Shown: positions 1 to 8,805 of the stretch, in pieces
Layout of the letters: each line of letters starts with the position of its first letter
How positions within the stretch are numbered: the stretch's first letter is position 1
From: Bacillota bacterium
GTDB lineage: Bacteria; Bacillota_I; Bacilli_A; RFN20; CAG-826
DNA: 39,267 nt
Direction of reading: 5' to 3'
NCBI GenBank assembly: GCA_023457325.1
Contig: JAEWLX010000045.1
Location: forward strand, 1 to 39,267
Notes under the pieces: generated by a model
Seen by the model: only the letters and a program-made list of their open reading frames with translations
Told to the model about the DNA's origin: nothing
Database searches by the model: none
Made by a program: the position numbers and the translations under genes

Positions 1-954
1 TGTTGCTAGTGTAAAACCTTGATTGACAAGAGCGAGAATCAACTCGTAAAAAAAGCCAATCAAAATTGCCACCATCACAAAGGGCCAATACTTATTAAAA
101 AATCTCACGTGAGGATAATCAACTTCAAATTTTTCCAATAGGAAAATCATCGCTAAAGACAAAAAGACAGTAACAAGCGCCGATACCAAGTAAATGGTTC
201 CGTAATAATTTACATTAGCAAACGAAGTAAGAATATAGACGATTAATATTGCCGAAAAAAGCATAATTAGTGGCACGACAATGAAAGCAAAAACAGTTCT
301 CCAAATTTTGTGGTAATCATTATCGTTTAATACTTCATCAATCCGAGGGATAAAGCCGACAAAAACGGGAACGGCAACCAAGCCGGCAACCGCAATATAT
401 AAATCAATATAGATATACGTACTGAAATTAATTGCAAACAAAGCTTCGATACTAGCAATGATAGCAAATAGACCACCATACAAGACAGCGGCGTAAAAAA
501 TGGTCAAGAACAATTTAGTTAGTAGAAAGACAAGATAATGAGCGAAGTTATCTTTTTTTGGAAAATAATTTACTATCAAGGCCAATATAATGAAAATAAT
601 CCAAAGGGCTGCCATTCTCAAAGAGAATATTATATTGGTGGCCGGAAAAGCATACTTCATTAATAAATAAATCGAAGCAGTAACAACTAGTGAAACGGCT
701 GAAAAAACATATTGCCAATACGTTTGTACTTTCAATCTTTCAACGAGAAGCGTTTTGAAGATTAATAATGGAAGAGTCAGCCATAAAAATGGTAGTATTT
801 CCGATAAAAAAACAATCGAACCTTTTAACTCCTGGCTAACAATGGCAAGTATAACTAAAAGAACGCTTAACACGATTGAGTCGGTAAAGCGTTTGAAACT
901 GCGAATAAACGGATCAAGTAATGTCGTTTTTAAAAACAAAGCGAACTTATTCAT
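1..954 (-). CDS. Polytopic membrane protein, N-terminal 318 codons only (gene continues beyond the window start)
   Basis: Absent from the ORF track because it runs off the window. My minus-strand translation from the ATG at 954 (MNKFALFLKTTLLDPFIRSFKRFTDSIVLSVLLVILAIV...) was open in every block I translated (954-601 and 120-1); 121-600 was read only cursorily. GGGGGAG SD lies 6 nt upstream. The sequence is very hydrophobic with many TM-like segments. The family is not recognised with certainty. Confidence 0.6.
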   Translation of the reverse strand, partial: MNKFALFLKTTLLDPFIRSFKRFTDSIVLSVLLVILAIVSQELKGSIVFLSEILPFLWLTLPLLIFKTLLVERLKVQTYWQYVFSAVSLVVTASIYLLMKYAFPATNIIFSLRMAALWIIFIILALIVNYFPKKDNFAHYLVFLLTKLFLTIFYAAVLYGGLFAIIASIEALFAINFSTYIYIDLYIAVAGLVAVPVFVGFIPRIDEVLNDNDYHKIWRTVFAFIVVPLIMLFSAILIVYILTSFANVNYYGTIYLVSALVTVFLSLAMIFLLEKFEVDYPHVRFFNKYWPFVMVAILIGFFYELILALVNQGFTLAT

Positions 955-995
955 TATGTTCTCCCCCATTTGTCTTTGAAAACACAAAGACGCAA

Positions 996-1127
996 TTAAC
1001 TTCCTCGACGACTTTTAATACCGGTTCTTTGCGGCTTTTGTTTAACTTTTATATTTTGACGGCGAATTTGATTTCCGCTCGGACCTTGCATAAAGGTCGG
1101 TATTTTTTCTTTTCCGCTTTTAGCCAT
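996..1127 (-). CDS. Small basic protein, 43 aa (MAKSGKEKIPTFMQGPSGNQIRRQNIKVKQKPQRTGIKSRRGS), unannotated in the ORF track
   Basis: Hand translation of the minus strand. ATG is preceded by GAGGT at 6-nt spacing. A near-consensus promoter lies upstream (1176-1204). TAA stop is followed by a 7-bp hairpin (972-991). The ORF is below the track's length cut-off. Confidence 0.45.
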   Translation of the reverse strand: MAKSGKEKIPTFMQGPSGNQIRRQNIKVKQKPQRTGIKSRRGS

Positions 1128-1175
1128 AAGTTTACCTCATTAACCTTCTTTTTTTATTTTAGCACAACTGATTAT

Positions 1176-1204
1176 ATTCTATTTTTAAAGACATGTATTT
1201 TCAA
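1176..1204 (-). promoter_or_regulatory. SigA-type promoter TTGAAA-17 nt-TAGAAT driving the small ORF (and possibly the downstream membrane protein)
   Basis: Reverse complement of 1199-1204 = TTGAAA and of 1176-1181 = TAGAAT, with an exact 17-nt spacer. It sits just downstream of the ABC permease stop (1211). Confidence 0.5.
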
Positions 1205-1210
1205 AGCAGA

Positions 1211-2776
1211 TTATACTTCCATACGCTGAAGTTTCAACGATGCCTTCTTATGCATTGGCATATATATTATCAAAGCGATAAGACAGTTAATTATTGATAT
1301 AAACAAAATTGGAAACGCTAAAGACGGAAGGGGAAGAAGCGACAAACTAAAAAGGAGCACTCCTTCAAGAATCAAAAAGCCAAATCCAGAGAAGATAGCG
1401 ACAAATGCTGCCATGCCTTGTTTAATAACTTCGGCATCACTTTTATAATCAAAGCGCGGAAAGAAAATATTAATCCATGCGAAAAAGATTGATGAAAAAA
1501 TAGCAAATGAAACAATTGCCAGTAAACTAGCGAGTGTAACCCATAAATCTAGGCCAAGACCAATTGCCGCTAAAGGTAAGGTAATCACAATAATTGGAAT
1601 TTCCAAAACAAGATTAAACATTATCTTAGCGCCCATAATTGTTTCCCCTTTGATGGGAAGTGTCTTAAGAAGCGCAAAATTTCTACCTTCCAGCGATAAA
1701 TTGACAGCGGGAGTATAAACGGTGACAAGGCAAAAAGCATAGGCAGCTAACATGATAAAAGGTGCAAACGGAGCAATTTCTGAAGGTATATTATCTTTCA
1801 AGATTAAAACCGCAACCGCCATTATCACCAACATAATAAGACCGAATGCAACATTGAAAATGTAAATGGGGGTCCCAACAAAACGGCGCCATTCTTTCTT
1901 TAAAAGAGCAGAAAAGATTGGGGTCCTTTGCAGCTTCTTGCTTTTTATAATTATTTCTTTATTGGTAGTGCGATTTTGATTGGTCCGTACACTTAGTTTT
2001 GAAATTACGAAAAGAAAAACAAAGAAAAAACCAAGATGGGTTAATAAAAGATATAAGAAACTCAAAAGGTTGCTGTCATGCGCCGCAGCGGCAAACCACT
2101 CATTTGGCAAATAGGCGCTTGAAATAGCATCAATAACCCACACCGGTATAAACGATCCTTGTTCGGCATTGATGCCGCCAACCATCGAAATGACAAAAAT
2201 GGCAAGAAAAAGAGCGAACATCAAGATTGTTTGAATGAGATTTGACCTCTTAAAGTTTTTGGAAATACGGGCAATTAGTAACGATAGGAAAGATCCTAAA
2301 ATAATGGCCGGCAATGGAAAAATTAAATAGCCAATCAATAATAAAATGAAACTAAGAAGATTAAAGGGAACAAAAATGTAATAAACGATAAATAGAGGTA
2401 AGGTTAAAACAAAAGTGACAATATAGATAAAAACCATCATCGAAGTTAATTTCGCAAGCAAAAGAGTCAGTGGTTTAATGGGAAGTGGGCCAATTATTTC
2501 ATAATCTTTAAACTGAAATAAGAAGCCATTAGCCTGCATAAGCGCAAATAGAAATCCCATCCCGGTTGAATATGACGCAATGTAAAGAAGTAATTCACGC
2601 TTTAATCCCATCGTATAAAACATCATTCCCGACGAAAAGCCAATGCTCAAAAACGAATAAACAAACAACAGGACAAATAAGATAATACGCCCCTTTGAAT
2701 TTGCAACTTTACTGCCGAATAAACGCCTGACACCAAAGTTTTCTTTAAAGAAAACACGCAATAATTTGAAAAACAC
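1211..2776 (-). CDS. ABC exporter permease (multi-TM, 'putative ABC exporter'/ABC-2-like)
   Basis: 521-aa highly hydrophobic ORF with about 12 TM-like segments. The GTG start abuts the stop of the upstream ABC ATPase, and GGAGA lies 9 nt upstream. Confidence 0.75.
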   Translation of the reverse strand: MFFKLLRVFFKENFGVRRLFGSKVANSKGRIILFVLLFVYSFLSIGFSSGMMFYTMGLKRELLLYIASYSTGMGFLFALMQANGFLFQFKDYEIIGPLPIKPLTLLLAKLTSMMVFIYIVTFVLTLPLFIVYYIFVPFNLLSFILLLIGYLIFPLPAIILGSFLSLLIARISKNFKRSNLIQTILMFALFLAIFVISMVGGINAEQGSFIPVWVIDAISSAYLPNEWFAAAAHDSNLLSFLYLLLTHLGFFFVFLFVISKLSVRTNQNRTTNKEIIIKSKKLQRTPIFSALLKKEWRRFVGTPIYIFNVAFGLIMLVIMAVAVLILKDNIPSEIAPFAPFIMLAAYAFCLVTVYTPAVNLSLEGRNFALLKTLPIKGETIMGAKIMFNLVLEIPIIVITLPLAAIGLGLDLWVTLASLLAIVSFAIFSSIFFAWINIFFPRFDYKSDAEVIKQGMAAFVAIFSGFGFLILEGVLLFSLSLLPLPSLAFPILFISIINCLIALIIYMPMHKKASLKLQRMEV

Positions 2777-3481
2777 TTATGCGATCTCCATAAAGAAGTT
2801 CTCAAGCGAACGATCTTTTAATACTATTCCTGTCTTGCCATCGGCAATAATCTCGCCTTGTTTGATGATAGCGATTTTATTACATAGTTTTTCAACGACT
2901 TCAAGAACATGCGAAGAAAAGAGAATAATCGCGCCATTATTTGTTATTTCCTTGAATGTTTGCTTAAGGGCAAAGGCAGCTTTTGGATCGAGGCCAACGA
3001 ATGGTTCATCTAAAAGAATTAATTTAGGTTCGTGAACCAAGGCGGCTATTAAAGCGGTTTTTTGTTTCATGCCATGAGAATATGTTGATATCGGTTTGTC
3101 AAGAGCCTCAAGCATCTCAAACTCACCAGCATATTTAGCGATTAGTTCATTCCGGCGTTCAAGCGATATGGCAAAGGCATCAGCAACAAAATCAATAAAC
3201 TGACGTCCAGAAAGGCTTTCATATAAATCCGGATGATCGGGAATATAAGCAAGTAGCTTTTTAAATTCAATTGGATTTTTGCTTATTGAATAACCATCAA
3301 GCGTAATCGTTCCACTATCATAGTTGATAATTCCGGCAATTGCCTTAATTAGTGTCGTTTTACCTGCTCCGTTTGGTCCAACAAAACCATAAAGATCGCC
3401 TGGTTCAAGAGACATCGATATTTCATTAATTGCAAGTTTCTTTTTGTCGTAGGTTTTACTAACGTTTTTAATTTCTAACAT
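2777..3481 (-). CDS. ABC transporter ATP-binding protein
   Basis: Walker A GPNGAGKTT, signature YSHGMKQK, Walker B LILLDEP. I moved the start to MLEIKNVSK (ATG 3481, GGGGG SD upstream) instead of the track start at 3517. Confidence 0.9.
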   Translation of the reverse strand: MLEIKNVSKTYDKKKLAINEISMSLEPGDLYGFVGPNGAGKTTLIKAIAGIINYDSGTITLDGYSISKNPIEFKKLLAYIPDHPDLYESLSGRQFIDFVADAFAISLERRNELIAKYAGEFEMLEALDKPISTYSHGMKQKTALIAALVHEPKLILLDEPFVGLDPKAAFALKQTFKEITNNGAIILFSSHVLEVVEKLCNKIAIIKQGEIIADGKTGIVLKDRSLENFFMEIA

Positions 3482-3544
3482 GTGTGCGCCCCCAAGTATG
3501 CATGAATATAATAGCAAAAAAGATTTGATATTTACATAATTTGT

Positions 3545-3569
3545 AAAAAAAGACCGGTTTTAACCGGTC
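3545..3569 (-). terminator. Rho-independent terminator downstream of the DUF975 gene
   Basis: The minus-strand RNA reads GACCGGUUAAAACCGGUC followed by UUUUUUU. Confidence 0.75.
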
Positions 3570-3579
3570 AATTATTTTA

Positions 3580-4152
3580 TTACTGATTGTTATATTTTAT
3601 TTCTTGGTAGAAAGCATATTTTGCCATCTCAACTTTGGGACTAACCCAATAAATGAGGATGCCGAGTGTTAATATAACAAGAATGTACCAACCAATATGG
3701 CTGAGGTATAAACAGAAGAGACGCCACTTGTTGCCATCCATTATTTTACGGCTACGCGTAATAACGTCTTCGTAGTGCATATCGGGATTATCAAGTTGAA
3801 TGAAATATATCATCGAATAGGAAAAAGCTTTGATAATACCAGGAATAAAGAAAAGCAGTGACCAAAGGAAGAGATAGATTTGGCTGACGAGATTCAAGAG
3901 AATCAAATTGACAATCTTATCATTAAAGGCTTTAAACATCGTCGGAATATTCGGTCGACCACCGCGATATATCTCATCGATATACATCGCATACCCAAGA
4001 TAGATTGGTCCGCCAAGGATAAACATTCCTATCCCCCCTAAAGATGTTAGAAAACCAATAACTAAAGTCAACAATAAATACCCTAAGGCAGTTTCGCTCC
4101 ATTTGCCCTCTAATTTTTCATCAGCTATTCGCCGAAATTGATATGAATCCAT
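3580..4152 (-). CDS. DUF975 family membrane protein
   Basis: 190 aa. N-terminus MDSYQFRRIADEKLEGKWSETALGYLL and the 4-5 TM layout are typical of DUF975 as I remember it. Confidence 0.7.
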   Translation of the reverse strand: MDSYQFRRIADEKLEGKWSETALGYLLLTLVIGFLTSLGGIGMFILGGPIYLGYAMYIDEIYRGGRPNIPTMFKAFNDKIVNLILLNLVSQIYLFLWSLLFFIPGIIKAFSYSMIYFIQLDNPDMHYEDVITRSRKIMDGNKWRLFCLYLSHIGWYILVILTLGILIYWVSPKVEMAKYAFYQEIKYNNQ

Positions 4153-4181
4153 ATTTTTTGCCTCCGGGCATTATTATACAT

Positions 4182-4236
4182 AAAAAAACGCCGTTTTCAT
4201 GAAAGTCGACAAAAAAGCGCAATCATTAACGGCGTT
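4182..4236 (-). terminator. Possible terminator after the GNAT gene (9-bp stem, large loop, U-run)
   Basis: AACGCCGTT (4187-4195) is complementary to AACGGCGTT (4228-4236). On the minus-strand RNA the stem is followed by UUUUUUU. The 32-nt loop lowers confidence. Confidence 0.4.
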
Positions 4237-4242
4237 AATTAT

Positions 4243-4569
4243 TTACAATGAGCAAACGACGCGATCTTCTTTTTGAATTTCGGGATCAGAAAGCAATACA
4301 TCAGCGTATGCTTCAGACATTTCCATAATATCTTTTGCGAACGGGCAAGTTGGAATAATTTTTAAATTATTTTGCCGAGCATATTCAACAACTTTATCGA
4401 CAAGAATTCTACCAATGCCTCTGCCTCTTAATGAGCGATTAACATATGTATGATCGAGAACAACTATGTTATCCTGATGCTTTTTAAAAGTCACTTCAGC
4501 AATATTTTTATCTTCACTTTCGCCAATGTAGAAACGATCTTTATTTTTCCCTAAAATTAATTCTTCCAT
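4243..4569 (-). CDS. Small GNAT-family N-acetyltransferase (YjdJ-like, ~108 aa)
   Basis: Motif VLDHTYVNRSLRGRGIGRILVDKVVEYARQNNLKIIPTCPF matches the short GNAT (acetyl-CoA binding R/Q-x-x-G-x-G) family. Confidence 0.8.
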   Translation of the reverse strand: MEELILGKNKDRFYIGESEDKNIAEVTFKKHQDNIVVLDHTYVNRSLRGRGIGRILVDKVVEYARQNNLKIIPTCPFAKDIMEMSEAYADVLLSDPEIQKEDRVVCSL

Positions 4570-4725
4570 TTTTTTACCTCCAAATGATTATCTATGATTA
4601 AGTCATATATGACTAACGCTTCTACTAATATTAAAAAAGAAAAAGAGTCCATTTACCAGCGAGATGCTTTTTATATGATTGTAGATGTCGTGATAATAGA
4701 CCTTCGTTAAAAAAATATAAATTTA

Positions 4726-5097
4726 TTAAAGACTCGTGACTCCTTTTTTCATTAGAAGAGTGAGTCTTGCATCGGCGTGTTCACCGACAATGCGAATTCG
4801 ATTAAATCCCTTTTGCAACTTAAATATTACTGCTCGTTGGTTTGTTTCGGATATGACCGGAGTAATTATACCTTTCCGAACGAGAATAATTTTTGCTCTG
4901 CCTTTAGTAACTTCGAATTCTAAATCGAAGCGACAAGAAAGATCTTCTCGCATATAAAAGACTCCAATTGTTTTGACACCCGAAAATGATTCGGTTCGTA
5001 GTTTGATTTTTGACTTAAACTGACCGCCGATCATTATTTTTGCTTTTTGGTAATTAACAAAACTACTTAAACGTTTATCATTATTCCAAATTTCCAT
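4726..5097 (-). CDS. Hypothetical protein, 123 aa, no family recognised
   Basis: Intact ORF with AAGGGA SD. It lies between two terminator-like elements, and no motif was recognised. Confidence 0.5.
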   Translation of the reverse strand: MEIWNNDKRLSSFVNYQKAKIMIGGQFKSKIKLRTESFSGVKTIGVFYMREDLSCRFDLEFEVTKGRAKIILVRKGIITPVISETNQRAVIFKLQKGFNRIRIVGEHADARLTLLMKKGVTSL

Positions 5098-5140
5098 GCA
5101 AATATCCCTTTTTTATTGTAATACTCGCCTTTTTTAATAA

Positions 5141-5180
5141 AAAGAAAAATAAAAGGATTGCCCATAATTCGAGCAACCCT
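5141..5180 (-). terminator. Rho-independent terminator ending the long purine-catabolism operon
   Basis: The minus-strand RNA has AGGGUUGC-11 nt loop-GCAAUCCU (8 bp including one G-U) followed by UUUAUUUUUCUUUUU, 20 nt after the ygeW-like stop. Confidence 0.65.
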
Positions 5181-5199
5181 TAAAGAATTTCAATGTCGA

Positions 5200-6210
5200 C
5201 TACTTATCGCCCATCGTCATTGCCATAACAGCTTTGGCGGTGTGAAGACGGTTTTCCGCTTCTTGATAAACAATTGAGTGAGGACCATCGATAACTGAAT
5301 CTTCAACTTCGTTACCACGATCAGCCGGAAGAGCGTGCATGTATTTTACATTCGGGCTGGCGAGTTTAATCATCTCTTCAGTACATTTCCAGCCTTTAAG
5401 CGTTTTGATGTAATCATCGACGACAACGGTTGATTGGTTTTTAACCCAGCTTCCCCAGTTCTTAGGAATAACAACATCCGCATCTTTAAAGGCTTCCTTC
5501 ATATCGTGTGTGATACGGAAGGAACCACCATTTTCTTCAGCGTTTTTCTTTGCCTTTTCGATAGCCCAATCCGGAAGATCATAACCTTCAGGATACGCGA
5601 GAGTTACATCCATGGCGTAGCGTGGGAATAATAAAATTTGTGAAAGAGGAACACTGATTGGTTTTTTGTGACTTTCAGCATACGCCCAAATAATCGAAAT
5701 TTTGAGACGTTTGGTCGTTGGAAATACTTCTTGAATGGTCATTAAATCAGCTAGAGCTTGCATCGGGTGATATAAATCACATTGCAAGTTCATAATCGGG
5801 ACAGTTGAATTAGCAGCCATTTCGCGAATATATTTATTGCCAACGCCATAGTTGCAATAACGGCAAGCGATGCCGTGTCCAAACGAGGACAAGATAACGG
5901 CAGTGTCTTTCGCGCTTTCACCGTGGGAAATTTGCATCATCGAGGTATCAAGAAACGTCGCGTGCCCGCCAAGTTGGGCTAGGCCAGATTCCATCGAGTT
6001 TCTCGTTCTTGTTGATTGTTCAAAGAACATTAAGAAACCAGTTTTATTCTCGAGATATGGCGTAGGAATGTTTTTATAAAATTTGTTTTTCAAATCATAA
6101 GATACTTCTAGTAACTTATCAATTTCTTCCTTTGTCCATTCTTCAAGAGTGATAAAGTGACGACCTTTGAAGAGTGGTTTCATTGTGCGTTTGTAGAATA
6201 GTTTACTCAT
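5200..6210 (-). CDS. ygeW: YgeW-family (knotted) carbamoyltransferase
   Basis: STRTR carbamoyl-phosphate motif, NLQCDLYHPMQALADL, IIWAYAESHKKPISVP, MDVTLAYPEGYDL, GGSFRITHDMKEAFKDADVV and YMHALPAD closely parallel E. coli YgeW as I recall it. It lies directly next to ygeY. At 336 aa it is shorter than E. coli YgeW. Confidence 0.85.
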   Translation of the reverse strand: MSKLFYKRTMKPLFKGRHFITLEEWTKEEIDKLLEVSYDLKNKFYKNIPTPYLENKTGFLMFFEQSTRTRNSMESGLAQLGGHATFLDTSMMQISHGESAKDTAVILSSFGHGIACRYCNYGVGNKYIREMAANSTVPIMNLQCDLYHPMQALADLMTIQEVFPTTKRLKISIIWAYAESHKKPISVPLSQILLFPRYAMDVTLAYPEGYDLPDWAIEKAKKNAEENGGSFRITHDMKEAFKDADVVIPKNWGSWVKNQSTVVVDDYIKTLKGWKCTEEMIKLASPNVKYMHALPADRGNEVEDSVIDGPHSIVYQEAENRLHTAKAVMAMTMGDK

Positions 6211-6221
6211 TAATTTTCTCC

Positions 6222-7439
6222 TTATTTTTTAAGTTGGCTCAAATACATCAATGGTATGGCGGCATAAAGCGCAGCTGCGATAACGAGATCTTCTTTTCTC
6301 GTTTTTTCGTTTGGAGCATGTGCTTCCTTTTCGTCACCGGGCCCAAAGCCGATGCATGGGATGCCATAACGACCCATAATGGTTACACCATTTGTCGAGA
6401 ATGTCCATTTGTCAACAACCGGATCCTTTTTAAATAGACCCTTATAAGCTTCAACTGTGGAAGAACAAATAACATGACTCTCGGGTATAACCCAAGTCGG
6501 GAAATAACACTCGGTTGGGTAAACTAGACCCGTCCATGACGGGCGTTCATACATGTACATTTCAACGGTGGCACCGGCGGCTTTAACCGAGGGTAAAGCG
6601 CGGATTTCATCAAGAGCGCCTAAATGCGTCTCGCCCATCGTCAAACGGCGGTCAATCGAGATCCAACAACTATCAGCAACCGCACAACGTGATGGCGAAG
6701 TATGGAAAATTTCGCTAATCGTCATTGTTCCTTTGCCGAGGAAAGGATCGTCTTTCAACCGTTCATTGAGTTCTTTGATTTCGCCAATAATTGGGCCCAT
6801 CTTATAAATGGCATTATCGCCTCTTTCGGGGGCGCTACCATGACAAGAGATGCCACGTGTCGTTACTTTGATTTCCATTCTTCCGCGATGCCCGCGATAA
6901 ATGCGGCAGGAAGTTGGCTCTGTAATAACGACGAATTCAGGGCGAACTTTATCTTCTTCAATGATGTATTGCCACGGAATTCCGTCACAATCTTCTTCTT
7001 GGACAGTTCCGGTAACAACTAATGTGTAATCATCTTCAAGACCTAAGTCTTTAATAATTTTGCCAGCGTAAACCATCGAAGCCATTCCGCCTTCTTGGTC
7101 GCTTGCGCCACGTCCACCAATGTGAACATCGTCTTCATATCCTTTATAAGGATCAAAGGTCCAGTTGCGAATATCGCCGATGCCAACTGTATCAATATGG
7201 GCGTCCATTCCGATGAGGTGTTTTCCATGGCCAATGTAACCGAGAATATTACCCATCTTGTCGATGACAACGCGGTCGAAACCAACCTTTTCCATCTCTT
7301 CTTTAATGCGATGAATAACTTCTTTTTCCTGGCATGACTCGCTTGGAAGCGAAATCATGTCGCGAAGAAAAGCGGTCATTTCCTTTTTGTAAGATTCAGC
7401 TTTTTTTAAAATTTCACTAAACGGAACGACTTTACTCAT
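6222..7439 (-). CDS. ygeY: YgeY-family M20 peptidase/amidohydrolase ('selenium metabolism-linked hydrolase')
   Basis: 405 aa. Long stretches recall E. coli YgeY ([94 protein letters not shown]). ATGA overlap with the upstream gene. Confidence 0.9.
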   Translation of the reverse strand: MSKVVPFSEILKKAESYKKEMTAFLRDMISLPSESCQEKEVIHRIKEEMEKVGFDRVVIDKMGNILGYIGHGKHLIGMDAHIDTVGIGDIRNWTFDPYKGYEDDVHIGGRGASDQEGGMASMVYAGKIIKDLGLEDDYTLVVTGTVQEEDCDGIPWQYIIEEDKVRPEFVVITEPTSCRIYRGHRGRMEIKVTTRGISCHGSAPERGDNAIYKMGPIIGEIKELNERLKDDPFLGKGTMTISEIFHTSPSRCAVADSCWISIDRRLTMGETHLGALDEIRALPSVKAAGATVEMYMYERPSWTGLVYPTECYFPTWVIPESHVICSSTVEAYKGLFKKDPVVDKWTFSTNGVTIMGRYGIPCIGFGPGDEKEAHAPNEKTRKEDLVIAAALYAAIPLMYLSQLKK

Positions 7440-8803
7440 AATGTTTTTCCTCTCATTTTCTTAATTTTTTCGTCATATTCATGAACCTTGTTATACTCGA
7501 TTTCCCAGAAATCTGGTTTTCTCATCGCATCTAGATATGCTTGGGAATATCCAAACTTCAGCCAATCGCTTTCCTTTTGTTTAAAAAGGCGCTCTTTGAC
7601 TTTTGGTAAACGAGCATCTTCAATATGTTCATCTCTTGCGCCAAGGAAGATATCCTTGTACCAACGTTCCATGACATAGTCGGCTGTCTCAAGCTCGCGC
7701 TTTTCGAGAAGTTCAAGAACGCTTTCATAGCGATCGTAACCATCGGTAGCAATTGTGACAACATTATCGCCAGGACCGAGTCTCAGGTGTTTTGCCATTT
7801 TAATTGCACCTAGAATATTACAAATACCGGAGACACCAAATAGCTCGCGCATTTCTTCAGCGACTTTTTTGTCGACACCATGACGAACTAATACATCCGT
7901 GCCATCATGAATGATTTTAAGACCGCGAACAGACTCATCATCATTAATTAAAGCGATGAAATCAGTCGTTAAAATATTGTGAATGAGAGTACACATCTTG
8001 TCACCGATACCTTCAATGCGATGTTGTCCTCTACCTCCGTTAGTTAATGTTGAACATTCATATGGTTCGAGCGCGGCGATTTTACATTCAGGAAATACTT
8101 TTTTAATCGCATCGCCAGCAGCAAGTGTGCCTGCGCTTCCGGGAGCGGAGGCAAAACAAGCAATCCGACCATTGCCAACACCTTCGACAGCTTCAACACA
8201 ACTATTACCAGTTACGTGGCGATGGAAACGATAGTTTGGCATCAATTCAAACTGGGCTAATGTCCGGTAATTGGGATTCTTTTTTAATTCGTAAGTTCTT
8301 TCAAGAGTCAAAATAACATCCGATTCTGAACCAGGAGTCAAATCTAACTTGGCACCGTAGCGTTGAATGCGATCATAACGCTCTTTTGACATATTGTCAG
8401 GCATGATTACTATCGCATCATATTTCATCAAGTTTGCGATGTAGGAAACACCAATACCAAAGTTTCCGGTTGATGGGCCTAAAATGGTGTGTTTTCCGGG
8501 AATGATGTCGCCATCAATACATCCTTCAATTAGGGTTGAATATGCCGGACCGACTTTGTGCGAACCCGACGGAAATTGTTTTCCTAAAAGCACAACGATG
8601 TTAGCTTCAACACCCGTTAAAGCTTTGGGGAGAACGATTTTGCGAACTTGACCCTTATCATCTTTCCAGTTGATGTTAAAAAGATTGATCGGATCGAGTT
8701 CGTCCGCATCTTTAGCTTTTAAAGCTTGAGCGCGGACTTTGGGATCAATGTGATTGGGATGAAGCATCTCGTCATACGTTGGTCCAAATGGGATTTTTGT
8801 CAT
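7436..8803 (-). CDS. Fold-type-II PLP enzyme, cysteine-synthase/OrtB-like ('PLP-dependent lyase/thiolase'), 455 aa
   Basis: Candidate PLP-lysine region [13 protein letters not shown] and glycine-rich loop [13 protein letters not shown]. It has N- and C-terminal extensions relative to ~310-aa cysteine synthases. The exact subfamily is not resolvable by eye. Confidence 0.7.
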   Translation of the reverse strand: MTKIPFGPTYDEMLHPNHIDPKVRAQALKAKDADELDPINLFNINWKDDKGQVRKIVLPKALTGVEANIVVLLGKQFPSGSHKVGPAYSTLIEGCIDGDIIPGKHTILGPSTGNFGIGVSYIANLMKYDAIVIMPDNMSKERYDRIQRYGAKLDLTPGSESDVILTLERTYELKKNPNYRTLAQFELMPNYRFHRHVTGNSCVEAVEGVGNGRIACFASAPGSAGTLAAGDAIKKVFPECKIAALEPYECSTLTNGGRGQHRIEGIGDKMCTLIHNILTTDFIALINDDESVRGLKIIHDGTDVLVRHGVDKKVAEEMRELFGVSGICNILGAIKMAKHLRLGPGDNVVTIATDGYDRYESVLELLEKRELETADYVMERWYKDIFLGARDEHIEDARLPKVKERLFKQKESDWLKFGYSQAYLDAMRKPDFWEIEYNKVHEYDEKIKKMRGKTL

Positions 8804-8805
8804 TT

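Noticed and set aside
972-991. The hairpin after the small ORF as a rho-independent terminator
   Set aside because: The 7-bp stem is not followed by a U-tract on the transcribed strand (it is followed by AAAUGGGGGAG, the SD of the next gene). I therefore did not call it a terminator.
755-1229. Plus-strand track ORFs 755..979 (74 aa) and 921..1229 (102 aa)
   Set aside because: They lie antisense to the minus-strand membrane-protein gene (1-954) and to the small ORF/promoter region. They have low-complexity, stop-poor AT-rich translations and no SD, so they are probably shadow ORFs.
4243-5097. GNAT + adjacent small protein as a GNAT-type toxin-antitoxin pair
   Set aside because: The GNAT is the ~108-aa YjdJ-like type, not the ~160-175-aa TacT/AtaT class. 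The neighbour is 156 bp away with its own signals and has no RHH/HTH antitoxin features.
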